This document shows positions 51,201 through 63,578 of a stretch of DNA of 64,000 nucleotides, one piece after another. The notes under the pieces were generated by a model, which made no database searches, had not been told where the DNA came from, and saw only the letters and a list, made by a program, of their open reading frames with translations. A program made the position numbers and the translations under genes. Within the stretch, counting starts at the first letter, position 1. The number at the start of each line of letters is the position of its first letter. Origin of the DNA: Catajapyx aquilonaris (Eukaryota); NCBI GenBank assembly GCA_000934665.2, contig KZ538224.1, positions 186,001-250,000 of the forward strand, written 5' to 3'.

Positions 51201-54200
51201 TCCACACTTGGGCATATGGCACCACCAGGTGGCGCACCTACTGTGGCTATCAGGGGATAGTACTACATGCACCTAGGTGATATCGTGAACGCGTCTAGCC
51301 AATTCGATGCGAGATTATAAAACAGCAATCACCAAAGAAAATTCGGGAACAAAATCACAAAATAAATATTTCCTCCACCCATAGACCGTCCCAGTCACAA
51401 ACGATCATTTCATACAAACTTTATGAGAGTCGGTGTTTGTAGCGCAGGTAACAAAACCTTCCCCCCTGCCAGGCCGAACGTCTCCTGCAACAAAACGTGG
51501 CCAATAAAACCCATTGCCATTAGTAGCCAGGGTGATTCAACTCTCGCCGTGGGGGGGAGGCCAACACCAATGCATGCAAACTTGGAAGGGAACCATGGGG
51601 AAAAATTGGCCTCGAACACGAACCTGGACAGGACGAGATGTTTATATGGAGGGGAAGTGATGTATGGACTTTTTAACCCGTGTCCGACTCGGTCAGGAAT
51701 GGATGTCACAAAGCCCACTGTGGACACCGGGGAGTGAATTGTTAGCAATTAACTTGTGGGGTTTCAACATTCCTGTCGGTGTAAGCAATGAAATATATCA
51801 TGGCATAAAAAATGCAATTAGTAATACAAATAATATATAAAAATAGCAATGCAGTTTTCGGACATTTGCCTAAATCAGGGGCAGGTAATCCATTAGTGTG
51901 CCGGCCACGTTTCAGTACTCTCAGTAGTCCGGAAGTAGGTTAGGTAGGTTGGGAAAAACATGCAAACATATGGAAAAACTTTCCCATTTGCACTATGACA
52001 GATGTATGGTATATGGTAGTAATACTGGGAAAATCTCATGTGACCTGTGACAGCCACACCCGGATATTCCAGGTCAGCTCATTACTGCATATGGAGTACG
52101 GTCAGAGCACAGGGAATTTTAATCCGGTATGATTAGGCCATTATTGGTCATGATTAGTGTGCCACCTAGGCTCAGCCAAATTATACCTGGCTTCGGTAAT
52201 AGTGCAAAATCAATTTGGGAAGCAGTTATTGAGTATTGCAAAAAAACTGCCTGGAGGGGCCTGCAGTTGTCCGTCCCTCATGTGTGTGCCTATATATTTC
52301 CACTTCCGGTCAAGGGTCACACAATTTGGTCACCATGCAATCTGGTTAACGTGTGTCACGAATGGTTTTAAGTAACGGTCCAAAAATTATGCCTGGATGA
52401 GAAAATGTCTCCGGTTAATGTCTAAGGGTGGAATTTCGACTGTTATACGAAGGGTCTAAGTACGTTTACTTAATTTTTAACCTAAAATTTAACTTAATAA
52501 TCTGATTGTGAGTCTAACTACAAAATATTGCAAATTGCACATTTTATGAATCTAATCCCATATTTTCATGGAAACCCACCATGGTGTAAATTCCAATGCA
52601 ACCCAAAAAAAAATCCCCCCGTTGTACAGTACTCTCTCTTTCCAGGGGAGCAATCAATATATTGATATTCATGCATATTTAGGGAGGTATTTGTGCAAAT
52701 GGGCTTCGGCCCATGAGACGGTAGCAAGAGGGGGCTTATTGGAAGCGCAGTAAACAAAAGCGGCTCGTTTTCATAAGGACCACGGCAGCGGGTCGTTGTT
52801 CCCCCGCCGGATTTTCATATCTCCGGATGGAAAGCAAAAGGCCGATCTCTTTTGAAGGGGGGCGGCCCGAAGAATAAAGAGCGTTGGGGGCCACTTAGGC
52901 CCTCATTACGACCACGGACGCGTAATATACAGGCGAGTAAATGGAGGCGTAAAAGGGGAGGGCCAGTTATTGGTCCGGCGGTCGGCTGGCTTCCGCGATT
53001 ATCATGGCACTGACCGTAACAATTCAACAACATGTTTGGAATGAGTGATATTGTATTATGGTTTTCCATGTATACTGATGGCATTATTAGCCTAATGCAG
53101 TTTACATCGATTCGCTGCATTCAACATTATTTCGTTCCGGGCCGATGGATTATTATACGGGGGATGGGTTTTACCTTTGCCTCAGTTGTTTCGTTCCGAA
53201 GTTTTTTTCCCCCCGTGTTCTGCATGATCGAAAAGGGAACAAAACGAGCGCGATGTATACGTGTGTGGAGTGTGCATACATGGCACCGAGTAATAATGGA
53301 ACAAAAAAAGTGCGTTATATTATCCCCCTTTGAGGATCCGACTCTCCCTTGTAATGAGAAACTGTCGGAATTGCAATGAAACCCCCGGAGGATTGTGACA
53401 GTGACGGGTTTAGCATTCGAATGTAACGGTATCGGTTGCACAGACTGTACCACGAGAATATTTGTGGGTACAAACCTGTACAGAGGACTTGATGTAAGCG
53501 AATAGCGCGGGCTGTTATTCCTACCCGTACAACACAGGTGAAACTTTGTTTCTGAAAATTGTGCACGTTTGGCACAGTAGCGCAAATTTATTTGGCTCGT
53601 ATTGCACTATACATTATAATGTTTTGCCCCGAGTTTCATAATATTGGCACAAACCAAATTAGAAATAATTGCCCAAGACCAACTGTTGTCATCGTAATTT
53701 GTCCCGATGGAAAACATGCTTTTAAGGGTTGGCACGAATTGTGGCACCGCCACGTGCCAATACTATTTTAAACCATCATTAAATTGAATCCAACAATACC
53801 ATGAATTGACCATGACATTCCAGGTCAGGTCTCGCAAGTTGGAAGGTAATTTGGCAAAAGTGCTTGCACACGGAAAAGTTTTGGAGAGTTGTGATTGAAT
53901 CTGTTGGCGGTCACGAAGGCTCCGGGTGGGGGGCAGCGATTGATCCGAATGCTGCTGCATCATCAGTAGGCAACAGGAGGAAAATAACCCCCCTCTTTCC
54001 CCCTGGTCGTCCTTTGGCCCGTGTGATGCATAGCACTTAGGCCCATCCTTTGCAGAAACCCAACCAGCCTCGTTCATTCAGGTCATGGGCCAGACCGTGC
54101 TCTGGGAAGCGAAAAGTGAAGAGAAACAAGCTGGAGCTGCCTTTTTTCTCTATTCGACTCCTCTATCTGGTCCTGGGGATCCTTTTTATGATGGAACACA

Positions 54201-57200
54201 CAGAGGAAGTCACGTTTCCACAGCCAGAGACACTATTCCCTGTGGGCCAAATAGGATAGGATATTGACACTGATACAAACATATTTTCTTTCCTATCCAC
54301 TCCTTGGGAGGTTCAGACTCGAAGGAAAACATGATCCCACTTTCATTGCAAATTAGGTAAAATAACGGGGCGTTACAGAATTGCATTATAATTAGCCGTT
54401 ATTTTGAAATCACTGCTTACCAAAATCGCTATTAGCAACTTTTGAACCAAACTTTGGCGGACCGTAGCTGCTCAGCCGTACATTTTACGACAAAATGCTA
54501 CAGGCCTTTCGATTCAGAATACTGTTATCTATCTGTGGTATCACGTTTGTACCACACTTACCAAACACCCTGTATACATAACCCATTTGCCGACCGACAC
54601 TGTACAGTTGAGCTAGCAAGTAAATAGTAGCCTAACTAATTATGCACAGTTCAGTTGACATCACTAAGTAAACATCAGAATATAACCGATAAACTTGTGC
54701 ACAGTTGGCATGATCATAGCTTTTGGTGTGACGCAACGGGGTCAATGGTATGATTTAGATTGGCAACCTTCCCAGAGGGTCTGCCCTCCTTTGGAAGGTT
54801 CCCCCCCACCGTGAGTTGTGAATGTACACAAAGAGAGGCCTTCCCTCTCGGTCGGATTCCCGTTCTTGAAAAGCGATAAAAGCTGTCTCCGATCCGACGA
54901 AAGACTAGTAGGCCGAGCCTTGACCTTAGCTTCTGACGCAAATAAGATCCCATTCACAAAATCTCAAAAGCTATTCTTGGCTTGTGCTGGCTCGTGCAAG
55001 ACACTATTGCATTCCCTACATGCCGAGTACCAACACAATGCATGGGACCGTAGCTCTATATACCTACGAGGCAGGGCCCGATGAATAACCCAATGGAAAA
55101 CCAGGAGTCATGTCTGGTCGAATTAACTTAACTAGAAAGCAGGAGATATATGGAACCGGTGCCTGTCGCTCGGTACATAATTCAGGTGCACAAAACTCTG
55201 ACTTATTTCGCGGCGGATCTATTGCACGGGACCGACAGAGCGGTGAAAAATTGAAATTCTGGCCGCCCATGCGAGCTGGCATGCTTCAAAACCGCATATT
55301 AATTACGAATCCACCTTTTTTTGAACAAAAAAAAAGAGTCGGGATGGGATGGGAGGAAAGTATTGCACTTGCATTATTACTGATGCGGAGAGAAAAGCCA
55401 TGAATTCGGGCTCTGACTTATTACGCAGGACGACGAACCCTTTCCAGTGATAATGTTCAGGAAGTTCCAAAAATGGTGGAATTTATTCGCAAATTTTAAA
55501 CCACAAATTGGTGGTTGCATAACCAGCAGGATATTCCCAATCCTTAACAAGGGTACAGCTATACATCCATATGGATTGGCGAATTGATCCGAACTTATTG
55601 GCAAAAAAAAAAAATTATTTAGCAACAAAGCGAATGGGCTTATACGCAGAGTTGGAATCATGACCCGACCGCACAAAATACACGAGTGGCAATTAACAAT
55701 GCAACTCTTAACGGACCAATAATCCGCAGTAATAAACGCCCCCGCCGGGGCTATAAAAGCCAGCCCTTTTAATCCGCTGTCATGCAAAAAGGTTCGCATT
55801 GTATGCAATTATTTTTGCGGGGGGCGCATAAAAACCAGTGGAATTTTTGTCTGACGATTTTACCTGCTGTAATTATTGTGCAGATGTATATACTGGCGCA
55901 TTACAAATCCAATGTTGGCTCACGGTTATCTTCTGCACACATGTTTGTTCCTGTTAGACCTTGGATTAATTAATCCCGACTTGTGCCTGAAATTCTTAGA
56001 CAATGACACACTTTTACTACGTGACGCTGGAATTTCCTTTGACCAGAAATAATCCTGATGCAAAGATTCGGTTGCGTCATGGCTAAGTATACACAGGGAC
56101 TGCGTTGAATCCTGTTTATTGTTGTGGTTTCGCACATTAGCTGCTCAAACAGTGAAAACATGGATGGCGGTCGAGGGCGTAATGAGTTTGATAAACATCG
56201 AAACGGCCGCATGTCAATTAAACCGCGTTTTTCATAGCACCGCACCGGTGTTTTATAAATTTTTCTTTTTTGCTCCTGGTGCAGCACGGACTAAAACAAT
56301 GGTGACAATTTAGGATGGCGATAACAACTGGGTTCGAACAAAGTACGGGTGTTTCGGGGCATCGGTTTTCATACCGATATGTGACTACCTGCTGGGTAGG
56401 ATTCAACTTCTGCAATCAATATGGGAGCTAAATACTCCGCGGAATAATTTGCAGCATGATAACACTGGACATTGAAATATGTATACTGTATTCAAACAAA
56501 TATTTCGGACAAAACGTATTGCTCGTTTTAAAATAAATTATTCCGCTATAGCATTGCAAATGGCTTTGTAGCAATTTTATATCCCGACTCCTTTTTACAT
56601 CCTCTACCAAGTAAGCCAAATATAATGAAACGCGCTAATTAAAAATTGCAGTGAAATGTGCAAAGTTGATTGCTAATCTAACACGGGTTCTTGCAATAAT
56701 CTGAATTTTTCACCGGCAATGAGCATTGATTGCCTTTCTAAAAAAAGTCATCAGTGCAATAACGTAATAATTATTCGCGGGAATAAAATGGCAGAAGATT
56801 TTGTTGGAATGTACGCAATTCAAATTTTCGCTCAATGACCTCAACGAGCTTTATGGGATTATCAGTCTCAAGTCCTGGATTGCGAATTCCATGCAAATAT
56901 CCGGAGTATGCGATGGATTCCCCCTGCACATTGTGAGGCTGCAATGGCAACCATTTCCCTGAACCCGAGATGTTGTCATCGGTCCGCAACATTTCTCTTC
57001 CCCCCCAGCACTTGAGTGAAACAGGGCAATGAAAGGCATCCCCAGAAACGGTGATGGTTATATGGAACATCGGGGGTTGGAGGGGAAAAAATCAGAAAAA
57101 TAACGTTTGGAGCTGGGGATGCATCCAGCTAGGGGAGAAGAAGGTCTCAGGTGCTGCAACATGTTGGCCAATTTGGACAGCGAGAGAGGCTGGCCTGCTA

Positions 57201-60200
57201 ACGAGAGAGGGGGGCCTGTAATTGGGCTATTTTCTGGCCCGGATACCCCAGCTGGGGATATTGGTAAAGAGAGATTGAGGAGTGTGGGAGAGATGTATAT
57301 CATGCACAAAGTAGGAATCGAATTACACCAATCTCATTTATCCACTACGACATTAGGTGCCCAGGCGATAGAAGTGTCGTAAGTTGTATTATCCGCTGCA
57401 AAGACTGTCACATTTTTTAAACAAAATATCGTATCGTTGGAGTCTGTGCTTCTGTTTGTCCAGGGTGCATGTAGTACCATTCGTTGAGTGGCAGCAGTGT
57501 GCAGAGAGGGAGGATACGCCATCTATGAGCGAAGTAAGTTACTACATGAGCAGTTTTGGCACTAGTTTGCTGATAATTCACTATCTGAACTGCACTGGGC
57601 AGAGTCTTGATTTAGAGCTAACAATTTGGTCCATGCAGCCTGCAATCGGCGAACCGGACCTGAACGTCTCCGCCAAATGTGCACCCTCAGATGTCAACTG
57701 CCGCCACCCCCTTTTCCTCTTTTTTTTAGCAGCCGTCAAAAACCGAGGAAATAACCTTTCCGCTGCAATACAATGCGCCCGTCTTACCCATACCCAACCC
57801 CTCTAACTCCAACATTTTTTTCTTCTCCGCCTCCCGATCTTTTACGCCGCATTACCCTCCTTGCAATCCGGAGATGGGGAAGACCATAAAAGTAAGCCGG
57901 GAGAAAACGGAAATCTCGGGTAGTAATAGTTTGCGTGGATGAGCTCCCGGATAATATGTTGTATCAATGTAGGTTAGACCCCCCCCTCTGCCTGGATGAC
58001 GATGGTCTTGTGTCAGCGAGAGGATTCCGGTGCAGCAGTTCCGGAAAATTGGAGCCCTGAACCGGAGCCCAAATGGAGACCGTGTAGCTATTTAAATAAT
58101 CAGGTCAGATGTAGCCAGATAAACTTTAACAGACTGTAAATTACATTGAGAGAAACAATTATTGGTTCCCAGTCGCTGCAAAATATTACTTGTAATTTAA
58201 GCCAAATTATTGTTCGCTCCAAAAAAAAAAAATGTCACCTGCGCTACAAAATTGCTTCTTTCAACAACACCATCTCCGGAAGTGCTGTACTTAAACCCAA
58301 CCCGATTGATTTTTTCCCAACAAAAAGTGTCGCGCCTTTACAATATCTCCTTTGACAAAAGGGTCCCGGGCTCTTCCTTTTTTTTCCTATACACCGTTGC
58401 AGTGCATTAAGCCCGGTCTAGTGCCCTCTAAAGTCTCACTTTTTTTGTTAATCCGGAATAGAAAGCAATCGACCTGAGAAATGAGAGTGGTGTCGCTTCT
58501 TTAAGGCGGGTTCTTTGCAATCAATCCATCCCTTGATGGCCTTTTCATTGCCCGGTTGTCCCATCCGGCTATTACTTCCACTACATTCTTATAGTACCTA
58601 TCCACAATCCATGAAAATTTTTATCGACATCACGCAAGGTGGGGGCCTCATTCGGAACAACTGCTGCTCCTATTTTTTTTCTTGTTTTTGCCCCCCCCCN
58701 CCCCCCCCCCCCAATTTGCTTTAATTGAAAGTGCGGAAAATGTGTCATGTAATGACTGGTATCAATAACGCTGTTGGGTTGGTGCATTGTGCACATAACC
58801 GATCGTGACGAAACATAATTTTGCGATGCCCGCAGTGCTGCCCGCCAACACATCACTGGGGGGGGGCAACCCTTGTATAAATAGCACCAGCTGTTTGCTT
58901 ACAAAGCATTAAAACGGTATGGAATTACCGATCTCTCCAGCTAAAATGCCCGGCCATATGCTGTGGAAAAAAAACAACGATTCAATGTCGTTGTGTAACG
59001 GAGAAAATTTCGTCGGATACAGGCCGCATAATTTATAATGGTAGTGTTTCGGGGCCTCTGGAGTTATTGGGTGTTCGAAAGTCCAATATTCCAAAAAGTT
59101 TTCCGGGAGTTTACGGTCGAGGATAATAAGATGAGACCTCCCCATGTTTTATATTTGCCTTTTCCAGAGTATAACAAAGTTTTGGGTTAACAAGCTGAGC
59201 AAGAGGAATCAAGCAGGTAGCAAGAAATGCGCTAAAAGTTTTATTCCCTTATTCCCCTGCTGGTTATATATAAACTGCGGCTACGTCCACGTAAGAAAAC
59301 TTCTTCAGTTATTAATCTTCCAATTTGCCAGTTGTCGTTCGCCATTCTGCACGACCACTTTTTTCTGGAACCAAAATATGTTCGGAGGGATAAAAAAATG
59401 TGCGAATCTATATTTCCGACCTGTTGTAATTGCTAATTTAAAGTTTTGCAAGTTTTTAATGCTGTGCGGATTTTTTTCTGCAACTACTACAGGCTCTTTT
59501 AAAAAATTTAATTGCAATAATGCGAGACACACACATGCAAGGCTGGAAGCGTATTTTTTATATAGGCCTACGTAGATTGACATTCACATGTCATACGTTC
59601 AGCGTATGACTTGCATTACAAACATGGACTGGCCGGACTGCTGACCTCTTTTGATAATGTTGACAAACAATGCACCGCATTTGCGGCGGCACATATGCCC
59701 CAGCCGAATGGTTTACGGAGGGATGATTAATTAATTCACTATCAATTAATTAGTATAATAACGAAAATGACAGGCCTATTATGTCTGCTCCAATAGATTG
59801 ATATACGCATTTGTAACGAGCGTGAATTGTAGCGATGAGCCTGATTCGCGTTTAAATCATAACTAGCAGCAGATGCATTTGTTGGAAGATTAGGAAAAAT
59901 TAACCCCCTCCTCTAATTAATCGGTGCTGTGTACCTGTGACGTAACGTAGTAATTAGCGCACATAATACGAGCGCCAAAAAACAAGTAGGAAGCATCACT
60001 GGTAATACACGACCTGTGCAGGCCATTTTTATTTTTACTTCCTAAGAAAGTGACCCCCTCGCAATGCATAACGATGTTTCCGCCTACTGCTGCGTCTATA
60101 AATTTCACGTCTTGTTATCGAGAACCCGGGCCGCCCGAAATTGTGGTTTTGATAAGCCGACGCTTAATGGCTCTTTTCCCTGCCGCCCAAGACCCAAGCA

Positions 60201-63200
60201 GAAATTTAATACCTGGCTCGCAGATAAGCTACGGAATAATCTAGCTAAAGCCTTTGCCCCCCCCCACGCCCTAGCTTAAAAACTTCTCCATTCTCTTTTT
60301 TTCGCCATTCTTTTTTAAACACCGTTCCTGCGCAAAATTTTCACAAAATTCCTAGGCACATATTTCGTGCAATATAAGTAACCCACTTTGACATGCAAAC
60401 ACCGTCTTCTTACATGGAGTATTCACCCCGGATTCATTAACAGGATGAAACTTAAGACTTGATTGGACTAACAGTTACATGCAATGTACACACCAGGTTT
60501 GGACCTGAGAATGTACGCACAGAATTTGGCTGTGAGATAGACACTGTTTGTCTTGGGAGGCTGCCGTGATTGGGAAAAGGAGAGAAGCGAAGGGGGTGAA
60601 GGAATGCATAATGCATGGAAGCAGGTGGAGAAAGTGAAGGAACCGCTGCTGCTGCTACTGCTGGAACACCACGAATAATTAGGATCCAAAATACCCCCAC
60701 CCCTTTTGCTATATAGAGGTGGAAACGTCTTCATAACTGCGCCGTTGCCATTTTTTGCACCATTTTTTTTTGGTACCCGAAGGAGCGAAATCGAATGGAG
60801 GTAATTGCATGAAGCGGTTAGTATTAAGGCGCCACTGGTCGAATCCGGGAGTTACTTTTTTTTTTGTACGGAGCAAGAGAGAGAAATACGGGGGGATTTC
60901 TCCCACGTCCTCATTTGTGAAAAGGGACCGAATCGTGACTAGAATCGCTACTTCCTCATCGGACAGTTATTTGTAGAAAAAGGGCGCCAACTTTTGCCGG
61001 GCTTCTAGTGCAAAAAAAAGCCGGAAGAAAACTGCTTCGACCATCATTTGCTCCGGTTCTGCAGCAGTGTTATAATTTGTATTGCGGAGCGAGGGATATA
61101 AATGTGGCAACGTTTCGAAGGAACGGGGAACTCCCGTGACTGATGGTGCAGCTTTTTTTGACTCGATAAGACACGAGTCCACATCCAAGCCCGATGAAGC
61201 CAGCAATATCAAGTCTACTTTGCAGGGTATGTCTACAGGTATAGAGTTTCATTTAGAAGCCGGAGTGTTACGGCCTGAACTTGGCCCGTTCCTCAGCTTC
61301 CTTTTCTTATTACGAGTCACCTGCCCAGCTTCCAAGAGCTAGGTGGTGGGGATGGTAGAGTGGGAAGGAATAATCAGGAGGCTTGATAACCGGAAGGGAA
61401 ATTAACACGCGGTTGTGAGCCAAGATAGCTGGCAGGCTTTTAACACAGGATCAGGATGTTTCGGATGACTTATTGGGGTGTAATTTCTTGGAGAGGAGTA
61501 TGCTGCATGTAATTTCGGGAGTTTTATTACGCCGAAATACTTTAAGGAGTGATTAGTCGAGGGTAGACTGTTGGAGGTGCCTGGATCTGGAGTCAATTGC
61601 AGTACTGTACAAGGATGTTATGCAGGACTGGTGTCGGTAAGGATCGCAATAATTTTGATTTAAATTTCGTGTCAATTCAATTTTCATTTGACATAATAAT
61701 AAGATCTACAAAAGAGAAATGAAACGATTTTACAAGTATTTCCAGCTTCAATTGAAGGCAGAAAGCGTTAAGAGCATTTTATAATTCTTCTGGCAATGGT
61801 TTAAAATGCTCACATTTTCACAAAAATTGACCGTAACTCGTACGAAAGTCATGAGAACTGTACACTATACATTGCACAGTGAAAGGTGAGGGAGCACTCA
61901 GAATTCGGCCAAAAACCGATTTTTAGCCCCGAGTGGTAACGCTTTTTCTCAAAAGGTTGAATACAAAGTCTATTCAAGTCAAACGGGAGCGCGGAGTTCT
62001 TTTTCTCGCAAATTTCGCCGCTTTTCAGCAACTTTTTTTTTCGCAATCTTTTGTGTGTTTGGTCTTTTTCTCATGCCCCTCCATGCCCCTAAGGGTATAA
62101 CGGTCTTCAGCACAGGAATATTGCCATATGGTTTGTATGCATGTGTCCCCAACTAGGTTGCACTTCCGCCGGAATCTTGCATCAACCCACCAATTAATCA
62201 CAAATTTCGCACACATGTAACGAAGGCCCATTTTTGTCCGTTTCCAGCTCCAGCCATCTGCAGGTCGAAAATCCTCAGAAAAAGGACCAAACCACATGTG
62301 AGTACATCACTTCTCGCTTCCATCACTCTCTGACCCCACTTATTTCGTCGCCAAATCTGTAACCGGAGTATTTTTAGGCTCGTGTCGTACATGATATGCA
62401 TATGATAACTTCCGGCAGAACTACATGCCATGGAAAGGAGGGGGAAAGATGGTGGGTTAGGAAAGGAGCTAAATATTCCTCCCAGTTTTAGGGGGTTGGG
62501 GGAAGAAGAATCCTCTAACGAGACTGGTGGGTAGGGGAGCAAACACGCTGCGGTGCCGTGTGTTGACATGGATGACATGGGGGGAAGGGGAGATACCGGG
62601 TGTGTCATAATGGGGACCTGAAGATCACTTTATGTAGAGGTGTCATTTGGTCCACGCAGCATCGTTACCCAGATAATGCCCTTTAAATATCCAGGCGATG
62701 GAAGTGTCCTAGGCTATATCTGGAGGAGTAATTACCTGTGGTCAATGATCAAGCAATATGGCCCCACGTGTTATGCCAGGGATTGATCACATTGGGGTTC
62801 CCCTCGTTCCTTTTGTGGGCCACGTGCGGCCGGGAGATGAGGGCGGCCCCGGGGTTTAATAGCCGGTTTTAATGGCACCCCCGAACTTGGATCTAGAGGG
62901 AGGGAGAATTCCGAATGAGGATCTTCTTTCTCGTGAAGGAAAATAGTGGGGTTTGCGGCTGTTTCGAGGGATCAATTCCCCTGATCGAAATGCCACTCCG
63001 AATCTTGGCGATACCGTGAGTTAGAGCTAGGAAAGTATGATCCAATCACACCTTACTTTTTTTTTCGGCGCCATGAAGTGTTGCTGCGGGATAAACAATC
63101 CATATTTTCACCTTATGGTGCACCCTGTAAACCGCAACTGGCGTGGGGCAATCTCTCGGAAGTTGGCGCGTTTGGGGAAGCTGTAATTGCGCAGATGCAA

Positions 63201-63578
63201 GGGTGATTGCTTAACCAAACGACTGGCCAATAAAATGAGAGCTGGCCCCCTCCAAAAAAAAAAACCGAGGAACTCATTTCCTACATGGGTCCTTTCCTCG
63301 GCTTGGGTCCGCCATTACCATGATCAGCTGGCGTTGGCTTAATGGCTCCCATTCCGGATTGATAAAGGAGGAAATAAGCGCGTTGGGCACACCTGTAGAA
63401 CGTTAGCTAATGGCTATCCATGGGGGGATAGACTTTGCTCCACCCTTGGACACGACTGTAGGGGTGACTCACCTGGCATGTCGGGGACCGACGCTGCCGG
63501 CGTCGTAGGCGGAGCTGGCGCTAATGTCGGCGTCTCCTATGGCGCCATTCTCCATGCCAAGGGCAGATTCGCACTGGA
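27135..63578 (-). CDS. Ddr: Discoidin domain receptor tyrosine kinase (DDR), 5'-partial, 17 exons, about 894 aa within the window
   Basis: join(63578-63473,49672-49441,43511-43364,37794-37618,34680-34544,34473-34266,31452-31336,31119-30914,30851-30725,29465-29275,29169-28978,28913-28801,28376-28182,27994-27902,27757-27616,27546-27397,27284-27135). Intron phases are all compatible. Domain order is discoidin, DS-like, transmembrane, Tyr/Pro-rich juxtamembrane, tyrosine kinase ([36 protein letters not shown]). Confidence 0.95.
27397..27546 (-). CDS. Ddr: Ddr exon: kinase C-lobe
   Basis: [28 protein letters not shown]...; CAG / GTGCGT. Confidence 0.95.
27616..27757 (-). CDS. Ddr: Ddr exon: activation loop
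   Basis: [50 protein letters not shown] / GTCAGT. Confidence 0.95.
27902..27994 (-). CDS. Ddr: Ddr exon: catalytic loop
   Basis: [35 protein letters not shown] / GTATGT. Confidence 0.96.
   Translation of the reverse strand, partial: LRLPYIHGHADCLCYEIPGVTQLCAQGLGH
28182..28376 (-). CDS. Ddr: Ddr exon: kinase alphaC to hinge
   Basis: [17 protein letters not shown]...[16 protein letters not shown] / GTAAAT. Confidence 0.95.
   Translation of the reverse strand, partial: AGLPPGGEGIGPPEGPQSGCSGGRKLGRTSMCPDRVLRRRRPEPVPAAALGRDHFQSASSCQNT
28560..28760 (+). mobile_element. Possible non-autonomous Helitron/Helentron-type (DINE/HINE-like) fragment in a Ddr intron
   Basis: CGGAAGT motifs, a degenerate ACGG/ACAG tract (ACGGACGAACGGATGGACAG), then CTTTTTATTATTAT; recalled architecture only. 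Confidence 0.3.
28801..28913 (-). CDS. Ddr: Ddr exon: kinase beta2-beta3
   Basis: ILLCEPEGL...[20 protein letters not shown] / GTAGGT. Confidence 0.93.
28978..29169 (-). CDS. Ddr: Ddr exon: juxtamembrane to kinase Gly-rich loop
   Basis: ...SIQGACGNS...[24 protein letters not shown] / GTAATA. Confidence 0.93.
29275..29465 (-). CDS. Ddr: Ddr exon: Pro/Tyr-rich juxtamembrane
   Basis: [11 protein letters not shown]...[29 protein letters not shown] acceptor, donor GTATAC or the GT 6 nt upstream. Confidence 0.88.
30106..30159 (-). CDS. Ddr: Candidate 54-nt cassette exon of Ddr (juxtamembrane)
   Basis: TTTCAG acceptor, GTTTGT donor, phase 1-1, stop-free ([18 protein letters not shown]). Confidence 0.4.
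30725..30851 (-). CDS. Ddr: Ddr exon: intracellular juxtamembrane
   Basis: [27 protein letters not shown]...; CAG / GTGAGA. Confidence 0.85.
30914..31119 (-). CDS. Ddr: Ddr exon: transmembrane helix
   Basis: [25 protein letters not shown] followed by the basic stop-transfer RHRRLK; donor GTAATG (alternative GT 6 nt upstream). Confidence 0.93.
31336..31452 (-). CDS. Ddr: Ddr exon: extracellular stalk
   Basis: [26 protein letters not shown]...; CAG / GTAAGA, phase 1-1. Confidence 0.85.
31658..31868. mobile_element. Complete MITE family 1 copy (211 bp), Tc1/mariner-like
   Basis: TA-flanked; ends CGGTGCTGGACAT ... ATGTCCAGCACTG; imperfect TIRs of about 70 bp. Confidence 0.85.
32988..33269. mobile_element. 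Foldback/MITE element with inverted arms of about 125 bp
   Basis: 32988-33114 is the reverse complement of 33142-33269 with scattered mismatches (e.g. TCATCCTGGCATGAT / ATCATGCCAGGATGA); 27-nt loop. Confidence 0.9.
34266..34473 (-). CDS. Ddr: Ddr exon: end of DS-like domain
   Basis: [13 protein letters not shown]...[39 protein letters not shown] / GTAAAT. Confidence 0.95.
34544..34680 (-). CDS. Ddr: Ddr exon: DS-like domain
   Basis: [11 protein letters not shown]...[32 protein letters not shown] / GTATGC. Confidence 0.95.
36998..37272. mobile_element. MITE family 1 copy with 3' extension
   Basis: Alignable by eye to 31658-31868 over 36998-37199. The next 70 bp or so match 16712-16783. Confidence 0.8.
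37618..37794 (-). CDS. Ddr: Ddr exon: DS-like domain
   Basis: [11 protein letters not shown]...DLADVTYDG...[20 protein letters not shown] / GTAATT. Confidence 0.95.
38476..38880. repeat. AT-rich low-complexity tract (degenerate AAATA/GAAAT)
   Basis: Direct reading. Confidence 0.75.
39549..39645. other. Assembly gap (97 N)
   Basis: N run with G homopolymers nearby on both sides; single Ns inside poly-C at 47252 and 58700. Confidence 0.99.
43277..43311. mobile_element. Solo TIR fragment of MITE family 1
   Basis: TA-CAGTGCATGGCATAATGGTGTCGTACTGGTGGCGC matches the family's left terminus. Confidence 0.55.
43364..43511 (-). CDS. Ddr: Ddr exon: end of discoidin domain
   Basis: [12 protein letters not shown]...[31 protein letters not shown] tandem acceptor (43514 also possible), GTAAGT donor. 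Confidence 0.95.
44078..44262. mobile_element. Small MITE relic
   Basis: ATATCGGGAGACC (44099-44111) and its exact reverse complement (44230-44242), with weaker outward extension. Confidence 0.6.
49441..49672 (-). CDS. Ddr: Ddr exon: discoidin domain
   Basis: [15 protein letters not shown]...WLEIDL...[15 protein letters not shown]...; CAG / GTCAGT. Confidence 0.95.
63473..63578 (-). CDS. Ddr: Ddr exon: start of discoidin domain
   Basis: [38 protein letters not shown] acceptor, GTGAGT donor; not in the ORF track. Confidence 0.93.
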
